Virus record (IMG/VR): IMGVR_UViG_3300012940_000038
Location: 1-46,584 of that record
Origin: a virus
Taxonomy: Duplodnaviria; Caudoviricetes
Strand: one strand, 5' to 3'
Length of the DNA stretch: 46,584 nucleotides
In this document: positions 1 to 8,647 of the stretch, in pieces
Layout: each line of letters starts with the position of its first letter
Position numbering within the stretch: the stretch's first letter is position 1
Position numbers and translations under genes: made by a program
The notes under the pieces: model-generated
Seen by the model: the letters and a program-made list of their open reading frames with translations, nothing else
What the model was told of the DNA's origin: nothing
Databases searched by the model: none

Positions 1-212
1 CTGCCATGCATTTTTGCATAGCTCCCAGCGCCTTCGAGGGGGTGGGGGGCAAAATTTGGGCCGGGCCTGGTCGCGGTAGACATCCCCACTATACAAATTC
101 ATGATTTCCAACTATCATATTTTTGCTGTGCGAAGCACTATCATACCGGAGCGAAGGGGCTTGACTTTGCGGACCGGCGGGTAGAGAGTGGTTGGCGAGA
201 ATGGAGAGAATC

Positions 213-443
213 ATGCCCATGAATGATAACGAAGCCAAGGAAATGATGCAGCGTTGCATTAGCGAAATTGAAAGTCTGCGGAGGGAACGCGATCGGCTAC
301 AACCACATGCGGAAGCTTATCTCACGATTCAACAGATCATGTCCTATCTGCCTCAGCGTGCCCAAGGATACGGTGAGGATTTGGTATGGCGGTTGAAGAA
401 GCGCATTGAGGAATTGGAAAAGGCCAATGTCAATCCGACTTGA
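213..443 (+). CDS. hypothetical protein (coiled coil)
   Basis: ORF with GGAGAG upstream. Start uncertain (192/201/213/219). Overlaps the next gene. Confidence 0.6.
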   Translation: MPMNDNEAKEMMQRCISEIESLRRERDRLQPHAEAYLTIQQIMSYLPQRAQGYGEDLVWRLKKRIEELEKANVNPT

Positions 444-825
444 CGAATTCGAGGAAGTCACGCCGATTCTCCGGGCCGGGGTCTACGCCTTGGTCAAGGC
501 CGGGGTGGTGATCTATGTCGGGAAGTCGAAGTCGCTTTACCAGCGAATCTACGCCCATCGGACGACAGCGAATGCCAAGGCCCGAGGGAAGTCCATCCCT
601 TCCTGGCTCCCGGCGAAGGGCTTCGTCTTTGACCAAGTCTTCGTCCGTACCTGCACTGTTGATGAGCTCGACAAGCTCGAAGCGGAAATGATCAACCTCT
701 ACAAGCCTCGATATAACGAATCTCTCAAGCGCGCCGGGAAGGTCACCGCCGAGGTGAAGATCAAGATCGGCAATGCTATCATCCCACTCAATGCCAAGGG
801 CGACAAGATCGAACGTCGGATTTAA
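427..825 (+). CDS. GIY-YIG family endonuclease
   Basis: Motifs GVYAL...IYVGKS..LYQRI..H and LEAEMINLYKPRYN. ATG at 427 preferred over the track start at 406. Confidence 0.8.
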   Translation: MSIRLDEFEEVTPILRAGVYALVKAGVVIYVGKSKSLYQRIYAHRTTANAKARGKSIPSWLPAKGFVFDQVFVRTCTVDELDKLEAEMINLYKPRYNESLKRAGKVTAEVKIKIGNAIIPLNAKGDKIERRI

Positions 826-827
826 CC

Positions 828-1409
828 ATGCCTATCCCGCGCCAGAAAATCGCGCCGAAACGTGAAGTCCTCTCTATCCGCCCCATCCAAAGGGAGGACC
901 TCCCGCGTCTGCTCAAGCCCCGAGACAAGTCGGCTTCGATTCCGCACAAGCTCCGCGAATCACACCACACGATCGCTCGGCTCCTGGCGACCGGCATCGA
1001 TTACATGCGCGTGGCCGCACTCACGGGCTACTCCTACAACCGTGTTTCACAACTGGCATCCGCTCCAGCGATGCAGGAACTGATCGCTAAGTATCGCGAC
1101 TCAGTTGACCAAACATGGATCGAATCCCTCGACTCCTACTACGAACTCGCCACACGCAACATGCTCAAGGCCGAGCGAATGCTCGCCGACAAGCTTGAAG
1201 ATGCCGAGGAGGCCAACGAGCCGTTGCCGGTCCGTGACCTAATCTCAATCTCTCGCGATGCAGCCGACCGCTTTGGCTACGGCAAGCGCACAACCCAGAC
1301 GAACGTCAACATCGACTTCGCTGCCGAGCTTGAGAAGCGCATCGCCAGGCGTGAAGGCAAGGTTGTTGAACTAAACCCGAATCCGACCTCCATCAGGAGG
1401 ATCGGATGA
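828..1409 (+). CDS. putative terminase small subunit
   Basis: Directly upstream of TerL, with an HTH-like segment (YMRVAALTGYSYNRVSQL) and a helical body. Positional inference. Confidence 0.55.
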   Translation: MPIPRQKIAPKREVLSIRPIQREDLPRLLKPRDKSASIPHKLRESHHTIARLLATGIDYMRVAALTGYSYNRVSQLASAPAMQELIAKYRDSVDQTWIESLDSYYELATRNMLKAERMLADKLEDAEEANEPLPVRDLISISRDAADRFGYGKRTTQTNVNIDFAAELEKRIARREGKVVELNPNPTSIRRIG

Positions 1410-1412
1410 CTA

Positions 1413-1470
1413 GGGGCACTCGCTGTGATTCCTGTGTAGGGCGTGCACGGTTGAGTCCGGCGGGTGTCCC
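1413..1470 (+). promoter_or_regulatory. long G-U-rich RNA hairpin in the TerS-TerL spacer
   Basis: GGGGCACTCGCTG pairs with CGGCGGGTGTCCC, with inner stems GATTC/GAGTC and CTGTGTA/TGCACGG. Pairing needs G-U pairs on the + strand. Confidence 0.55.
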
Positions 1471-1491
1471 GAAATCATCCGGAGCGATCCA

Positions 1492-3006
1492 TTGAGCGAA
1501 AACCAAGACCCGATCCTCTTGGAATGGTTGGCGTCCTGCACGAAGGACCCGATCAAATTCGCCTATGAAGCATTCCCTTGGGGCGAACCTGGGACCGTCC
1601 TTGAGGACGAATCCTTGGATGAGTGGCAACTCAAAATCCTGGGCATGCTCCGGGATGGCATCATCACTCTCGATGAAGCCGTTCAAATCGCCGTCGCCTC
1701 TGGCCACGGTGTCGGCAAATCCGCCCTGGTCGCCATCATCATCCTCTGGGCATTCTCAACCGCCCCTGACACTCGTGGCGTTGTCACAGCCAACACCGAG
1801 ACTCAGCTTAAGACCAAGACCTGGGCCGAACTCGGCAAGTGGTTTAACCTCTTCATCGCCAAAGACCACTTCACCCTAACCGCCACGGCGCTCATGTCTC
1901 GCGACCCAACTCGCGAACGCACATGGCGTATCGACATGATCCCGTGGTCCGAAAAGAACCCGGCCGCCTTCGCCGGCCTCCATAACAAAGGCAAACGCCT
2001 TCTCCTCATCATGGACGAGGCGTCCGAAATTCCGGACATCATTCATGAGGTCGCAGAAGGCGCCATGACCGACGCCGACACTGAGATCATCTGGCTAATG
2101 TTCGGTAACCCGACCCGCAACACCGGTCGGTTCAAAGAAGCCTTCCCTGGCGGCAAGTTCGCCAAGTTCTGGCAGACCTTCCAACTCGATTCGCGTACAG
2201 TCCGCATCACCAATAAGCGGCGCCTCAACGCCTGGATTGAGGCCTACGGCGAGGACTCAGACTTCGCCCGTATCCGTGTTAAGGGTGAATTCCCTCGCCA
2301 CGGCTTTATGGAATTCTTCTCGGCCGCCGACATCGATGCGGCCATGACCCGTGAAGTCACCGTCTCTAGGAACGATCCGCTGGCGATCGGCGTTGACGTC
2401 GCCCGCTTTGGCCACGCCAATTCTGTCATCTTCCCGCGTAAGGGCCGTGATGCCCGGACCCTGGTTCGTGAAGTCTACAACGGTCTCTCGACAATCGAAC
2501 TCGCCAACAAGGTCTTCAACTTCAACAACAACTACCGGCCGGATGGCATCTTCATCGACGGTGGCGGCGTGGGCGGTGGCGTGGTCGACAACGTCCGCAA
2601 CCAGCGACTCCATTGCTACGAAGTCCAATTCGGTGGCAAGGACGATGTTGGCGGATCGCCTTGGGGCATCACCGGTGAGCGTTATGCCAACAAGCGTGCA
2701 GCCATGTACGGCGCGGCTCGGGAGTGGATCAAAACCGGAGCCTTGCCGAACGACCCAGAACTCAAGACTGCTCTGCTCGCCATCCGCTACACCTTCAACA
2801 CCAAAGACGAAATCCTTCTGGTCCCCAAGGACGACATTCTCGAGGACAACCCAGGCATCATCATCGACGATGTCGATGCCTTCGTCCTCACCTTCGCGTA
2901 CCCTGTAGCCCCATCAGTTGACGCTGGTGGTCCCCACAAACAATTTGAGAAGGTGGAAGCTGAGTACGAATACGACCCCTTCTCACAGGAAAGGATGTCT
3001 GCATAA
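1492..3006 (+). CDS. terL: terminase large subunit
   Basis: Walker A (ASGHGVGKS), Walker B (LLIMDEAS), GNPTR motif and RNase H-like nuclease motifs (IGVDVARFG, DDVDAF). TTG start with GGAG RBS. Confidence 0.95.
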   Translation: MSENQDPILLEWLASCTKDPIKFAYEAFPWGEPGTVLEDESLDEWQLKILGMLRDGIITLDEAVQIAVASGHGVGKSALVAIIILWAFSTAPDTRGVVTANTETQLKTKTWAELGKWFNLFIAKDHFTLTATALMSRDPTRERTWRIDMIPWSEKNPAAFAGLHNKGKRLLLIMDEASEIPDIIHEVAEGAMTDADTEIIWLMFGNPTRNTGRFKEAFPGGKFAKFWQTFQLDSRTVRITNKRRLNAWIEAYGEDSDFARIRVKGEFPRHGFMEFFSAADIDAAMTREVTVSRNDPLAIGVDVARFGHANSVIFPRKGRDARTLVREVYNGLSTIELANKVFNFNNNYRPDGIFIDGGGVGGGVVDNVRNQRLHCYEVQFGGKDDVGGSPWGITGERYANKRAAMYGAAREWIKTGALPNDPELKTALLAIRYTFNTKDEILLVPKDDILEDNPGIIIDDVDAFVLTFAYPVAPSVDAGGPHKQFEKVEAEYEYDPFSQERMSA

Positions 3007-3287
3007 TGGCTGGTCCCGCAAAAACTGTTCAAAGCTTTGTGTCACATATGACCGCACCACTGACTAAGCAATTTCAGCGTGCGTTCACGCCGCCCGGTCT
3101 TGGCGGTCCGCCTCAGCCGGATACTCCCCCGCCGCCTCCGCAGGCCGGCCCGATGCAGGAGCCGACTGGACGCAGCAACACTGAGCGACTCGCCAAGTCC
3201 CAACTCTCCTTCTTGACCGCGGCCTCTAAAGCCGCTGCGGCCCTGGGCTCTGGTGCTTCGTCCGGCAAATCTCTCTTGGGTCAGTGA
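3006..3287 (+). CDS. small proline-rich virion-associated protein
   Basis: Coupled ORF between TerL and portal. The KSLLGQ ending is typical of pre-portal proteins in this phage type. Confidence 0.6.
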   Translation: MAGPAKTVQSFVSHMTAPLTKQFQRAFTPPGLGGPPQPDTPPPPPQAGPMQEPTGRSNTERLAKSQLSFLTAASKAAAALGSGASSGKSLLGQ

Positions 3288-3580
3288 TGCAAGTCCCCGG
3301 CACCAAACCCGAATTTGAAATGCCTGGGCCGCCTCCGCCCAAGATCGAACCTGTCTACATCGCTATGGCGGCGGCCCAAATGCATGCCGAAGGTAGGTGG
3401 CCTGAAAATGTTGCCTTCCATGATTCTCTACTTCGCTTTGGCAGGCCAAATGTGAAGCCTGGGGTGGCAACCAAAGATCGCCTTAAAGGCATCACAGACG
3501 ACATCACCAAGAAGCGAATGCAAGGCTCTGGCGTTGACGAGAACCTTCCGATCGCCAGGACAACCGAGGCAAATATCTAA
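3284..3580 (+). CDS. hypothetical protein
   Basis: Coupled to both neighbours by start/stop overlaps. Confidence 0.6.
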   Translation: MMQVPGTKPEFEMPGPPPPKIEPVYIAMAAAQMHAEGRWPENVAFHDSLLRFGRPNVKPGVATKDRLKGITDDITKKRMQGSGVDENLPIARTTEANI

Positions 3581-5343
3581 TGTCCAACCGTCTCCCTGCA
3601 GGCGTTAGCGCCACCGACTACCGCTGGTACACCTTCGCCACAGGCCGACTTCTTGGTATGCGGGTGAACCGCTATTCGTGGTGGACCCACTGGCGCGAAC
3701 TCGCCGACTTCTTCCTTCCTCGGCGTTATAAATGGATCATTACGCCGAACCAGATGTCGCGTGGTTCGCCAATCAACCAGCACATCATCGACGATACCGG
3801 TACCTTCTCGGCCCGCAATCTCGCGGCCGGCCTTTTGTCGGGCAAGTCCTCACCGCTTCGGCCGTGGTTCAAGCTCCGCATCGGGCGCCAGACCTCCGCA
3901 GAGACCAACCCGGTCTCGCTGTGGCTTAAGGCCTGTGAAGAAATCCTCTACGCCATCTTCCACGAATCGAACTTCTACAATTCGATGGCGCAGTTCTACT
4001 ACGACCTTGTCATCTTTGGCACGGCCGTGATCATCATTTACGAAGACTTCGACAACGTCATCAATTGCTACAACCCCTGCGCTGGTGAGTACTACATCGA
4101 CATCGACGGCAAGTACCGTCCGTGTATCATGTATCGTGAATTCACCATGACGGTCGCAGCGGTCGTTGACGAGTTCGGTATCGACAACGTCTCGGCAAAC
4201 GTCAAACAACTCTACCAAACTCCAAACACCACCGGCTCGTCAGGCTCGAACCTGACCCGTGAAATCATTGTGGCTCACGCCATCGAGCCCAATGATGACG
4301 ACCGTGACTTCGGTATCCCAAAGGAATTCAAGTTCCGCGAATGCTATTGGGAATGGGGCGGCAGTGCCTCTCCGCAATCCGGTTCGCAGATGCCTCCGGC
4401 CTTCCTCCGCAAGCGCGGGTTCTATGAACAACCCCAAGCCACCGTTCGTTGGGACCTAGTCTCAAACGATCCCTACGGTCGATCGCCTGCGATGGATGCT
4501 CTTGGCGACCAGAAGCAACTCCAACTGGAAACCAAGCGCAAGGCGCAGGCCATTGACAAGATGGTCAACCCTCCGCTGGTCGCGGACATCCAACTCAAGA
4601 ACCAACCCGCGTCCCTGCTTCCTGGTGGCGTGACCTACGTCACTGGCTTTGCCTCAACCGGCAAGGCCGCAATCGGCACCATCTATGACACCAAGTTCCC
4701 GGTGGCCGAGATTACTCAGGACCTGGAGGAAGTCCGCAACCGAATCAACCGTGCGTTCTTCATTGATCTGTTCCAGACGATCTCTCAATACGAAACGCGG
4801 TCCAACATCACCGCAACCGAAATCGACGCTCGTCGGGCGGAATCAATGATAATGCTCGGGCCGGTTCTGGAACGTATCGACAACGAAGGGCTCAAGGTCA
4901 TCCTGGAGCGCGTCTTCAACATTGCCTCGCGCGCCCGCATCTTGCCCCCGCCGCCGCCTGAAATCGCCGGTATGAATATCGATGTTGAGTTCGTTTCCAT
5001 GCTGGCCCAGGCTCAATCGGCAGCAGCCGCAGGAAGCATCGAACGCGTACTCGGCATCGCCGGTAACCTTGCGGGCGTTGATCCTTCGGTTATGGACAAC
5101 GTTAACGTTGACAAGGCTATTGACATTTACAGTACGCTACTGAACAATGATCCTCGAATAATGCGCAGTCCGGAAGAAGTTGCGATGATCCGTCAACAGC
5201 GTCAAGAGCAACAGCAGCAGGCGGCTATGGCTGAGCAAGCCGAGGTCGCTTCGAAGCTGGCTACTGGCGCTAAGACGCTGTCTGAGACTCCGACCGGTGG
5301 CGGCCAGAATGCGTTGGCCGCCCTGATGGGAGGCGGCCCGTGA
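3580..5343 (+). CDS. portal (head-to-tail connector) protein
   Basis: 587 aa with DLVIFGTA, YGRSPAMDALGD, TATEI..R..E...LGPVLER and a Gln-rich tail, as in T7/BPP-1-type portals. Confidence 0.92.
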   Translation: MSNRLPAGVSATDYRWYTFATGRLLGMRVNRYSWWTHWRELADFFLPRRYKWIITPNQMSRGSPINQHIIDDTGTFSARNLAAGLLSGKSSPLRPWFKLRIGRQTSAETNPVSLWLKACEEILYAIFHESNFYNSMAQFYYDLVIFGTAVIIIYEDFDNVINCYNPCAGEYYIDIDGKYRPCIMYREFTMTVAAVVDEFGIDNVSANVKQLYQTPNTTGSSGSNLTREIIVAHAIEPNDDDRDFGIPKEFKFRECYWEWGGSASPQSGSQMPPAFLRKRGFYEQPQATVRWDLVSNDPYGRSPAMDALGDQKQLQLETKRKAQAIDKMVNPPLVADIQLKNQPASLLPGGVTYVTGFASTGKAAIGTIYDTKFPVAEITQDLEEVRNRINRAFFIDLFQTISQYETRSNITATEIDARRAESMIMLGPVLERIDNEGLKVILERVFNIASRARILPPPPPEIAGMNIDVEFVSMLAQAQSAAAAGSIERVLGIAGNLAGVDPSVMDNVNVDKAIDIYSTLLNNDPRIMRSPEEVAMIRQQRQEQQQQAAMAEQAEVASKLATGAKTLSETPTGGGQNALAALMGGGP

Positions 5344-5765
5344 CCCTGAATGCCGCAGATCGCAAGTCAATTCGGGCGGCTGAAAAAGCTGCGGCCCTGG
5401 CGGAACGCAATCGAGGTGAGGTTCTCATTTCCCTGATGGCCACTAACAATGGCCGGAAGTTCGTCTGGGACTGGCTTGAATCCCTTCACATCTTTGGGAC
5501 CCCTGTCGACCCTGACACGCACCGAACTTACTTCCTGCTCGGCGAACAAAACGCCGGGAAACGCCTTCTGGATTCCATACTTCAATGGTGTCCAGATCAA
5601 TTCATCCAAGCCATGAGAGAAGCAAATGAGCGAAGAACAAGCAGCCCCGGCGCCGGCCCAGCCGGCCTCCCTGACGACCGAACCGCCGCAGCCGAATACG
5701 ATGGAGGCGAGGACGCCGGACGGGACCTTGAAGGACCAGAGTCAACCTACGGAACAGAAGACTGA
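5340..5765 (+). CDS. Bbp19-like protein
   Basis: Follows the portal, with a GRKFVWDWLE...TYFLLGEQNAG signature. The C-terminus overlaps the scaffold gene by 140 nt. Confidence 0.7.
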   Translation: MTLNAADRKSIRAAEKAAALAERNRGEVLISLMATNNGRKFVWDWLESLHIFGTPVDPDTHRTYFLLGEQNAGKRLLDSILQWCPDQFIQAMREANERRTSSPGAGPAGLPDDRTAAAEYDGGEDAGRDLEGPESTYGTED

Positions 5766-6321
5766 GCCGCCGGTTGATCCCAAGACAGAAGAGAAGACCG
5801 AGGAAAAGCCTGCGGTCCCCGAGAAGTATGAATTCAAAGCGCCTGAGGGCCTGGAGCTTGACCCTAAGGCTATCGAGGCCGTCACTCCGATCTTTAAGGA
5901 ACTTGGTCTCACTCAGGAACAAGCTCAGAAGCTTGTCGACTTCCAACTCGCCCGCGATAAGGCCGTGATGGATGCAGGCCAGGAAGCCTTCAACGAAGTC
6001 AACAATGGTTGGCGTAAGGAAGTGATTGCCGACAAGGAACTCGGCAACGGCAAGGACGGCCTCGCCCCGGCTGTGTCTCAGGCCGTCGCCAATGCCATCA
6101 ATTCCATGCCCAATGCGGATGCCTTCCGCAACGTCCTCGATCTCACGGGTGTTGGCAACAACCCCGAATTCATCCGCGGTATGTATGCCATCGCAAAGAA
6201 CCTTGGCGAGGGCAAACACATCGTCGGTCGTGGCCCTGCTGAACCAGGGCAACAGAAGCCTGGAACCGCCCGCACGGCGGCCCAGTCCATCTACCCGAAC
6301 CTCCCTTCCGCAGCAAACTAG
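5626..6321 (+). CDS. capsid scaffolding protein
   Basis: Acidic Pro-rich N-terminus, PEKYEFKAPEG, LGLTQEQAQKL, GNNPEFIR and AAQSIYP. Immediately upstream of the major capsid gene. Confidence 0.82.
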   Translation: MSEEQAAPAPAQPASLTTEPPQPNTMEARTPDGTLKDQSQPTEQKTEPPVDPKTEEKTEEKPAVPEKYEFKAPEGLELDPKAIEAVTPIFKELGLTQEQAQKLVDFQLARDKAVMDAGQEAFNEVNNGWRKEVIADKELGNGKDGLAPAVSQAVANAINSMPNADAFRNVLDLTGVGNNPEFIRGMYAIAKNLGEGKHIVGRGPAEPGQQKPGTARTAAQSIYPNLPSAAN

Positions 6322-6398
6322 CCCCAGAGGGGTTGAACAGCTAGGCTCAGATAGGATGCAGCGAAGCCACCCGAACCATAAACAATCCGGAGCAAACC

Positions 6399-7442
6399 AT
6401 GTCTACCGTTGGTAGTCTGGCCCTGACCTATGCTGACTGGGCCAAGCGAATGGAAGAAGGCTACAAAGTCTCGGCCATCATCGAGCTTTTGTCGCAAACG
6501 AATGAAATCCTTGACGACATGTTGGTCGTCCAGGGCAACCTCCCGACTGGTCACAAGACCACAGTCCGCACTGGCCTTCCCCAGGCGACTTGGCGCTTGC
6601 TGAACCAGGGCGTCCCGAACGCGAAGTCGACCACGGCACAGATCGTCGATACCTGCGGTAATCTCGAGACCTATTCGGTCATCGATAAGGACATCGCCGA
6701 TCTGAACGGCAACACTGCCGAGTTCCGTCTCTCCGAGACGCGTGCCTTCCTCGAAGGTATGTCTCAGCAGGTTGCGTCGACCTTGATCTACGGCAACCAG
6801 TCTGTGAACCCCGAACGGTTCACCGGCTTTGCCCCCCGCTACTCGACGACCAACACGGCCAATTCGCAGACCGCGAATAACGTGATCTCGGCGGGTGGTA
6901 CCTCCAACACGAACACCTCGATCTGGGGCGTCGTTTGGGGTTCCGACACGTGGCATGCTACCTTCCCCATGGGGAAGATCACCGGCCTCCAGCATCGTGA
7001 CATGGGCGAGTGGCCCGTTCAGGATTCGGCCGGTAACACCTATCAGGCCTACCGCGATCACTACAAGTGGGAGATCGGTCTGGTCGGCCGTGACTGGCGT
7101 TACTGCTTCCGCATCCCGAACATCGATGTCACCCAGCTGACCGGCGTCAGCGCTGCGAACCTGATCAATCTGATCGTTCGTGGCCTGTACAAGCTGCCGA
7201 CGGCGCCGGTTTCTGCGACTGCGATCCAGACATCGGATACTCCGGCGGTGCGCGCTGACATGGGCCGTACGGTTCTGTACTGCAACCGTGTCATCCGCAC
7301 CTACCTCGATCTCCAGGCGATGAACAAGACCAACGTCTTGCTGCGCCTCGAAGAGTTCGATGGCAAGGTCATCACGACCTTCCGTGGTATCCCGGTTCGC
7401 ACCGTGGATGCGATCCTCAACAACGAAGCCCAGGTCCAGTAA
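6399..7442 (+). CDS. major capsid protein (BPP-1/epsilon15 type)
   Basis: 347 aa with IIELLSQTNEILDDM, RTGLPQATWR, PERFTGFAPRY and FRGIPVRTVDAILNNE. Strong codon bias. Confidence 0.93.
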   Translation: MSTVGSLALTYADWAKRMEEGYKVSAIIELLSQTNEILDDMLVVQGNLPTGHKTTVRTGLPQATWRLLNQGVPNAKSTTAQIVDTCGNLETYSVIDKDIADLNGNTAEFRLSETRAFLEGMSQQVASTLIYGNQSVNPERFTGFAPRYSTTNTANSQTANNVISAGGTSNTNTSIWGVVWGSDTWHATFPMGKITGLQHRDMGEWPVQDSAGNTYQAYRDHYKWEIGLVGRDWRYCFRIPNIDVTQLTGVSAANLINLIVRGLYKLPTAPVSATAIQTSDTPAVRADMGRTVLYCNRVIRTYLDLQAMNKTNVLLRLEEFDGKVITTFRGIPVRTVDAILNNEAQVQ

Positions 7443-7452
7443 GGAGCCTACA

Positions 7453-8010
7453 ATGATTCTCGATGGCCTGCTTCAATTCTGCGGCACTTCGAATGGTGCC
7501 ACTGGTGGCATCACCTCTGGTGCCAATACGGATGCTCCGACGACCGGCACTCAGGTGGCGTCGAACATCCTCGACCTCGGCATCACCAATGGCATTCCGA
7601 CTTCGGCCAATGGTGGTGGTGCTCGCGACATGGGTATCGGCGATGACCCGATGCTCAAGCTCCTGGTTCAGGTAACCACAGCCTTTGCTGACGGTACCTC
7701 GCTCCAGGTGATCCTGTCTGGCGCGCCTGACAATGGCTCTGGCGCCCCGGGCGCCTACACTACGATGTACACTTCGGAAGCGGTCCTTGAAGCATCGCTT
7801 ATCCCTGGTGCTTACATCGCCAACGTCGATGTCCCTCGTACTGTCCCGGGGCAGCCGCTGCCGCGCTTTCTGCGTCTGCAGTTTGTCACGGTCGGCACCC
7901 ACACTGCGGGCACTGTACAGGGTACTATCGTCCTGGATCGTTTCGACCAGATCGTCGGCACGACTGGGGCGCTGTCCGGCTATCCCGCCGGCATCAACGT
8001 CGCCAATTAA
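7453..8010 (+). CDS. capsid cement/decoration protein (Bbp16-like)
   Basis: Follows the capsid gene, with AAGGAG RBS, MILD start and SNILDLG...RDMGIG...PRFLRL pattern. Confidence 0.78.
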   Translation: MILDGLLQFCGTSNGATGGITSGANTDAPTTGTQVASNILDLGITNGIPTSANGGGARDMGIGDDPMLKLLVQVTTAFADGTSLQVILSGAPDNGSGAPGAYTTMYTSEAVLEASLIPGAYIANVDVPRTVPGQPLPRFLRLQFVTVGTHTAGTVQGTIVLDRFDQIVGTTGALSGYPAGINVAN

Positions 8011-8020
8011 GGAGGGACAG

Positions 8021-8647
8021 ATGCGATTCCGCACCCTCTTTATCGCTAGCGTGGTGGCAGTAGTCTCCGGACTACTCGCTGCCCACGCGCAGGTGCCGGG
8101 AGTGAATTCGACCCTCCAGTCGATCTTCACCCTGGCTTACGAAGTCTCGACATCGAAGCCGACCTATTCAGCTTCGTATATCGTGACTCCTTCGGGCGCA
8201 ATGAATGACATCTGCGTCCTCACAGGTTCGGCAACGAAGACTATTCGTGTCCGACGAATCTGGTTGAACGGCTACACTGCCACGGCCATGACCGATCCGG
8301 TTTCGGTTGTGAAACGCAGCAGTGTATCGACCAACGGTACGGGTGTTACAGTCACTCCTGTATCGTATAACTCACAGAACGCGGCTGGTACTGCTGTAGC
8401 CGAGTTCTACACTGCCTCGCCGACGAATGGGACTGCGGTGGGCGTCCTTCTGGACGTTTATCAGGGCTTCACGACTTCGACCAGTGGTACCGAGGAACCA
8501 AACCACACGTTTGAGTTTGGTCGCCTTGGGTCTCCGGTCTTCCTGCGTGGAGCTTCGCAGTCGATCGCGGTCAATCTCTCTGGCCTGACGTACACAGGCG
8601 CATCGTTCGCCTGCGGCTTTGAATGGACTGAGGATAACGACTCGTGA
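8021..8647 (+). CDS. secreted Ser/Thr-rich beta-strand protein with Sec signal peptide
   Basis: AAGGAGG RBS. N-terminus MRFRTLFIASVVAVVSGLLAAHA|QVP has a basic n-region, hydrophobic core and AxA site. Two Cys and a C-terminal Ser. Confidence 0.8.
   Translation: MRFRTLFIASVVAVVSGLLAAHAQVPGVNSTLQSIFTLAYEVSTSKPTYSASYIVTPSGAMNDICVLTGSATKTIRVRRIWLNGYTATAMTDPVSVVKRSSVSTNGTGVTVTPVSYNSQNAAGTAVAEFYTASPTNGTAVGVLLDVYQGFTTSTSGTEEPNHTFEFGRLGSPVFLRGASQSIAVNLSGLTYTGASFACGFEWTEDNDS

Noticed and set aside
2-19. Second sigma54 promoter at the left end
   Set aside because: TGCCAT lacks the invariant GG and the spacing to TTGC is off.
7733-8020. N-terminal extensions in the ORF track (starts at 7360, 7733, 17386, 29484 and 40985)
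   Set aside because: They overlap upstream genes. Downstream starts with an RBS or stop/start coupling fit better, and at 8021 the shorter start exposes the signal peptide.
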